Positions 46,110-48,933 of a DNA stretch of 48,933 nt are shown in pieces. Under the pieces are notes generated by a model. That model was not told the DNA's origin, did no database searches, and worked only from the letters and a program-made list of their open reading frames with translations. Source of the DNA: Gemmiger formicilis (GTDB lineage Bacteria > Bacillota_I > Bacilli_A > RFN20 > CAG-826); assembly GCA_963612735.1 (NCBI GenBank), contig CAVDWX010000062.1:1-48933 (forward strand), in the 5' to 3' direction. The number at the start of each line of letters is the position of its first letter. The first letter of the stretch is position 1. The translations under genes and the position numbers were made by a program.

Positions 46110-47438
46110 TTACCAATCTAAAGAATCAATATTGATTAAGAAATCTAATAGACTAATTCTTAAAAAACCTTCATCTGTGTAATAATGTAGTCCTTCATTT
46201 TTAACTATTATTATTTTTTTAAATGAATTGGGAATATTTCTAATAGATTGATATTCTTGGTCTTTTTTATTTTGACTATCAATGGCTAACGAAACTTGGA
46301 TATAGTAAGTTTTATTGCCTTTGTTAGCCACAAAATCGCATTCTGTTTCTATTTCGGTATAAATCCATTTATCATTCCTATCTTTTTTATCAGTTTTCTT
46401 TTTTATTTTAACAACGCCGACATCAACATTAAAACCGCGATATCTTAGCTCGTTATAAACAATATTTTCAATTAAATCAGATTCATCGACATTTCTAAAA
46501 TTTAAAATTGCATTACGTATCCCTATATCTTCAAAATAAATTTTATATGGTGAACCAATATATTCACGTCCTTTAATATCGTATCTAAGACATTTTTTGA
46601 TTAAAAAAGCATCTTCAAACCAATTTACATAGTTATTAATTGTGTTATTTGACAATTTAATATGATGTTTACTTTTAAAAGTGTTTTCGATTCTCGTTGG
46701 ATTAATAGGAGTAGATATCATAGAAGCGATTACTTTTAGTGTTTCGTCTAAATTATTTTGATCTATTTGATTATGTCTTTTTTTAACATCACTTAAATAT
46801 GTATCTCTATAAATACTAATAGCCTGGCTAATTTTATTTTCATCATCCTTTTGTAATTGAACTAAAGGAATTCCACCATATCGAATATACTCGTTTAAAG
46901 CATCTATTTTATGAACATTTGTATCAGATAAATATTCATTAAAAGTTAACGGAAGTAGGTGAATGTTAGATGAACGTCCACTGAATTCAGTATCGATATT
47001 AGAAGAAAGTAGATAAGAATTACTTCCACTTACATAAACATCGTAATTATCATGTGTTAAGAAGCCATTTAACACGCGAACGAAATTTTCTAAATTTTGA
47101 ATTTCATCTAAAATGAAATAATACATTTGATTATCCTTTATTAAACTTTGGATATATAACATGAACTTCCGATTATTGACAATTTGTTGCCCGTTTTTAA
47201 TTACGATTGTTTTTTGAGCTGGTAAATATTTATCTAATTGCATGATGTCTTCTTCATTATCAAAAGCAAATCGAATTATGTGTTCATTATCTATATTTTG
47301 ATTTTCAAATAGATGATGATAAAAAATTGTGTTTAAAAGATAGGATTTCCCACTTCTTCTCACTCCAGTAACAACCTTTATTAAGTGATTGTGTTCAAGC
47401 TTAATTAATTGATCTAAATATTTATTTCTTTTAAACAT
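46110..47438 (-). CDS. AAA+ ATPase of the DUF4143/COG1373 type with a C-terminal nuclease-like (PD-(D/E)XK-type) domain
   Basis: 442 aa. Walker A GVRRSGKS and Walker B YFILDEIQ. The C-terminal ECDFV...YYIQVS resembles the restriction-endonuclease-like core described for this family. Confidence 0.8.
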   Translation of the reverse strand: MFKRNKYLDQLIKLEHNHLIKVVTGVRRSGKSYLLNTIFYHHLFENQNIDNEHIIRFAFDNEEDIMQLDKYLPAQKTIVIKNGQQIVNNRKFMLYIQSLIKDNQMYYFILDEIQNLENFVRVLNGFLTHDNYDVYVSGSNSYLLSSNIDTEFSGRSSNIHLLPLTFNEYLSDTNVHKIDALNEYIRYGGIPLVQLQKDDENKISQAISIYRDTYLSDVKKRHNQIDQNNLDETLKVIASMISTPINPTRIENTFKSKHHIKLSNNTINNYVNWFEDAFLIKKCLRYDIKGREYIGSPYKIYFEDIGIRNAILNFRNVDESDLIENIVYNELRYRGFNVDVGVVKIKKKTDKKDRNDKWIYTEIETECDFVANKGNKTYYIQVSLAIDSQNKKDQEYQSIRNIPNSFKKIIIVKNEGLHYYTDEGFLRISLLDFLINIDSLDW

Positions 47439-47447
47439 GGTTTCATC

Positions 47448-47475
47448 TTTCTTTCAGTACTGAACCTTTTGTCAA
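47448..47475. repeat. copy 1 of a perfect 28-bp direct repeat with a 12-bp palindromic core (candidate operator over the transcription start and 5' UTR)
   Basis: TTTCTTTCAGTACTGAACCTTTTGTCAA, identical to 47524..47551. The core TTCAGTACTGAA is a perfect palindrome. The copy ends 9 nt upstream of the ATPase ATG. Confidence 0.9.
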
Positions 47476-47479
47476 CTCT

Positions 47480-47508
47480 ATTATAATCATGTTATATGGC
47501 AATTTAAA
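47480..47508 (-). promoter_or_regulatory. candidate sigma-70-type promoter of the AAA ATPase gene
   Basis: The minus strand reads TTTAAA (47508..47503), a 17-nt spacer, then TATAAT (47485..47480). It sits exactly between the two 28-bp repeats. Confidence 0.4.
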
Positions 47509-47523
47509 AGAATTTTATTGATA

Positions 47524-47551
47524 TTTCTTTCAGTACTGAACCTTTTGTCAA
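47524..47551. repeat. copy 2 of the perfect 28-bp direct repeat (candidate upstream operator)
   Basis: Identical to 47448..47475, offset by 76 bp. Confidence 0.9.
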
Positions 47552-47634
47552 GGCGTTTAGTGCATATAAAAACAATATCACTTTAGATAAAAAATGGCTA
47601 AATTCTTATAGACTAAAATTTTTTCTAGCAAGAT

Positions 47635-48465
47635 TTAGTCGTATGGCCAACCTTTAATGCTAATTTTGTTAATCCCAAAGTTATAACATTGACTGCCTTT
47701 ATAGGGGAAAGCATTTAATCTAATTTCAAAATAAGAGATATCAATATTTTTTAAGTAGAATTTAATTTCACTATTTTCTTTTTGTTTTGTGATTGTACCT
47801 TGTTCTATATAACTTGTTGAAATTAACGCTTCTTCTTTATCATAACCATAAATATGGAGAACTTCGTTTTTTTGACTTTTAGCGGATTGAGAATTATTAG
47901 TAATAGGATTGATCAATAGCCTTACTTCTATTTTTTTAAACGGAGTTAATTTTGGAGATTGTATTCCTTTATATAATTGATCAAATTTAATTGCGTAATT
48001 ATTACCATTTTCTCTATAAAAGGAAGGGCTAGAGAAATTATTACCATAAATATGCCTAAATCCAGTTGGTATCTCATTATCTACTTCATAATTTACCCAT
48101 TCTTCAATGTTGACTTCCTCATTAGTGGGCCCATCTAATTTCTTATTTCCAATCGGCAAAATAACATCGCTTTCATCTTCCTTTTTAGATTCGCTTGAAG
48201 AAGCAGAAGACGAAGATGATGAAGAAGGTGCTGAAGACGAAGAAGAGGATGAAAAAGAAGACTCTGAAGACGATGTAGAATTTTCTTTTGTTGATGAATT
48301 AGAACTACTAGGTTCGTTACTTGTTGTACTCGAACTACTAACTTCACCAGTGGATGTAGAAAATTGACTGCTAAAAGTAAAAATGCTTGTTTTAATATTA
48401 GTATTTGTACAACTAGAAATTGACAATATTATTAATAAGGCAAGTAAATAATTTATTTTTTTCAT
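47635..48465 (-). CDS. hypothetical lipoprotein with a long Ser-rich linker
   Basis: Lipobox LSISSC. About 70 aa of low-complexity S/T (SSSSSSSAPSSSSSSSASSSES), then a C-terminal domain of about 180 aa of unknown family. Confidence 0.75.
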   Translation of the reverse strand: MKKINYLLALLIILSISSCTNTNIKTSIFTFSSQFSTSTGEVSSSSTTSNEPSSSNSSTKENSTSSSESSFSSSSSSSAPSSSSSSSASSSESKKEDESDVILPIGNKKLDGPTNEEVNIEEWVNYEVDNEIPTGFRHIYGNNFSSPSFYRENGNNYAIKFDQLYKGIQSPKLTPFKKIEVRLLINPITNNSQSAKSQKNEVLHIYGYDKEEALISTSYIEQGTITKQKENSEIKFYLKNIDISYFEIRLNAFPYKGSQCYNFGINKISIKGWPYD

Positions 48466-48513
48466 CGCACTAATTAATACTATACTCTTGTTTAATATAT
48501 AAATTAAGTAAAC

Positions 48514-48744
48514 TTAGCTAATAATCTCCCAGTGGCCTGTTTTATTTGAACCACAACGTTTGATAATATTATTTTTCCTTAAGTTAGAAATTATTCTTTG
48601 AACTGTTCTTTTTGGAATTTTAGTTTGCTTAGAAATTTCATCGATAACAATATCGTTTTTAATAAATATTTCTTCAATCACTTTCTTTTCCGATGTGTTT
48701 AATTCGTTTATCGCACCATTTATCGCGCCACTTATCGCGCCACT
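48514..48744 (-). pseudogene. remnant (C-terminal winged-helix HTH) of a larger putative regulator/ATPase gene, or a 55-aa GTG-initiated HTH protein
   Basis: The open frame of 76 codons has no ATG. It translates SGAISGAINGAINELNTSEKKVIEEIFIKNDIVIDEISKQTKIPKRTVQRIISNLRKNNIIKRCGSNKTGHWEIIS. The ending GS-x-K-x-G-x-W-E is typical of the C-terminal HTH of AlbA_2/ATPase-type putative regulators. The only start candidate is GTG at 48681. Confidence 0.45.
48709..48744. repeat. three tandem 12-nt repeats
   Basis: TATCGCACCATT, TATCGCGCCACT, TATCGCGCCACT. On the minus strand these encode (S/N)GAI x3 at the 5' end of the HTH remnant. Confidence 0.85.
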
Positions 48745-48933
48745 TTATATTATTACTATTTATAGTAAAAACATGATGAGTGAAAAAGAATCCGTTATTA
48801 GATGATGCGTTAACTATTTCTTATATCATTGTTATTTAATTATTTAAAAGGAATAAAATTAACGATTTTAAAATAATTAGATACCGTTTGCAATTTGTAG
48901 GTAACGTTATAAAAAGGAAAGTCTTACAATGTT

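Noticed and set aside
48107-48367. Plus-strand Glu/Asp-rich ORF and minus-strand alternative-frame ORF 48135..48347
   Set aside because: Both are reading-frame artefacts of the AGC/TCT-rich stretch that encodes the poly-Ser linker of the lipoprotein. The lipoprotein frame is the one with a signal peptide and lipobox.
47448-48744. Possible CRISPR array (28-bp direct repeats, 12-nt tandem repeats)
   Set aside because: There are only two copies of the 28-mer, separated by a 48-bp stretch that contains a promoter. The 12-nt repeats are contiguous and in-frame coding. No cas genes are in the window.
1-48933. Mollicute genetic code 4 (TGA = Trp) or selenocysteine recoding in the Mo-hydroxylase island
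   Set aside because: All genes are uninterrupted under the standard code. TGA functions as a stop at 2984..2986 in an ATGA stop/start overlap. No split or TGA-interrupted ORF occurs in the purine island, so I see no evidence for Sec recoding or code 4.
1-48933. Prophage, transposon or integrative element
   Set aside because: I saw no integrase, transposase, recombinase, phage structural gene or tRNA attachment site. I also found no long terminal inverted or direct repeats.

Overview
AT-rich (by eye about one-third G+C, not computed), densely coding bacterial chromosome segment. It uses the standard genetic code: TGA acts as a stop at 2984..2986. The style is low-GC Gram-positive or wall-less (Mollicute or Erysipelotrichia-like): many lipobox lipoproteins, AGGAGG-type ribosome-binding sites (RBS) and mostly TAA stops. 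The taxon is an inference. Five blocks are visible. (1) 1-20.3 kb is one minus-strand glycan-utilisation gene string. It encodes a CE2-like esterase, a 1160-aa lipoprotein with carbohydrate-binding-module (CBM)-like domains, a LacI regulator, two GH130 enzymes, two CUT1 permeases, a solute-binding lipoprotein, a GH5-like lipoprotein, an 883-aa CBM-like lipoprotein, an SGNH esterase, three unknown membrane proteins and a MalK/MsmK-type ATPase. The ATPase runs off the window and is missing from the ORF track. The content suggests beta-mannoside or acetylated mannan use. (2) 20.4-25.3 kb carries gdhA, a DUF1015 gene, serC and serA. (3) 25.4-26.7 kb is an orphan lipoprotein gene. (4) 26.8-44.0 kb is a purine (urate/xanthine-type) fermentation island of the E. 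coli ygeW/ygeY/ssnA/hyuA/yqeA/ygfJ/xdhD kind, but with unusual content. It has two divergent molybdenum-hydroxylase trios. It also has a PreA-like FMN/Fe-S reductase where YgfK would be expected, and two fold-type II PLP enzymes where YgeX would be expected. This is the most interesting part of the window. It is a variant of a known but biochemically poorly resolved neighbourhood rather than something wholly new. (5) 44.2-48.9 kb holds rpmE and metG, then a small accessory end with an AAA+/DUF4143 ATPase, a Ser-rich lipoprotein and an HTH gene remnant. The ATPase lies behind a promoter flanked by two perfect 28-bp repeats. I saw no rRNA, tRNA, CRISPR array, transposase or integrase.
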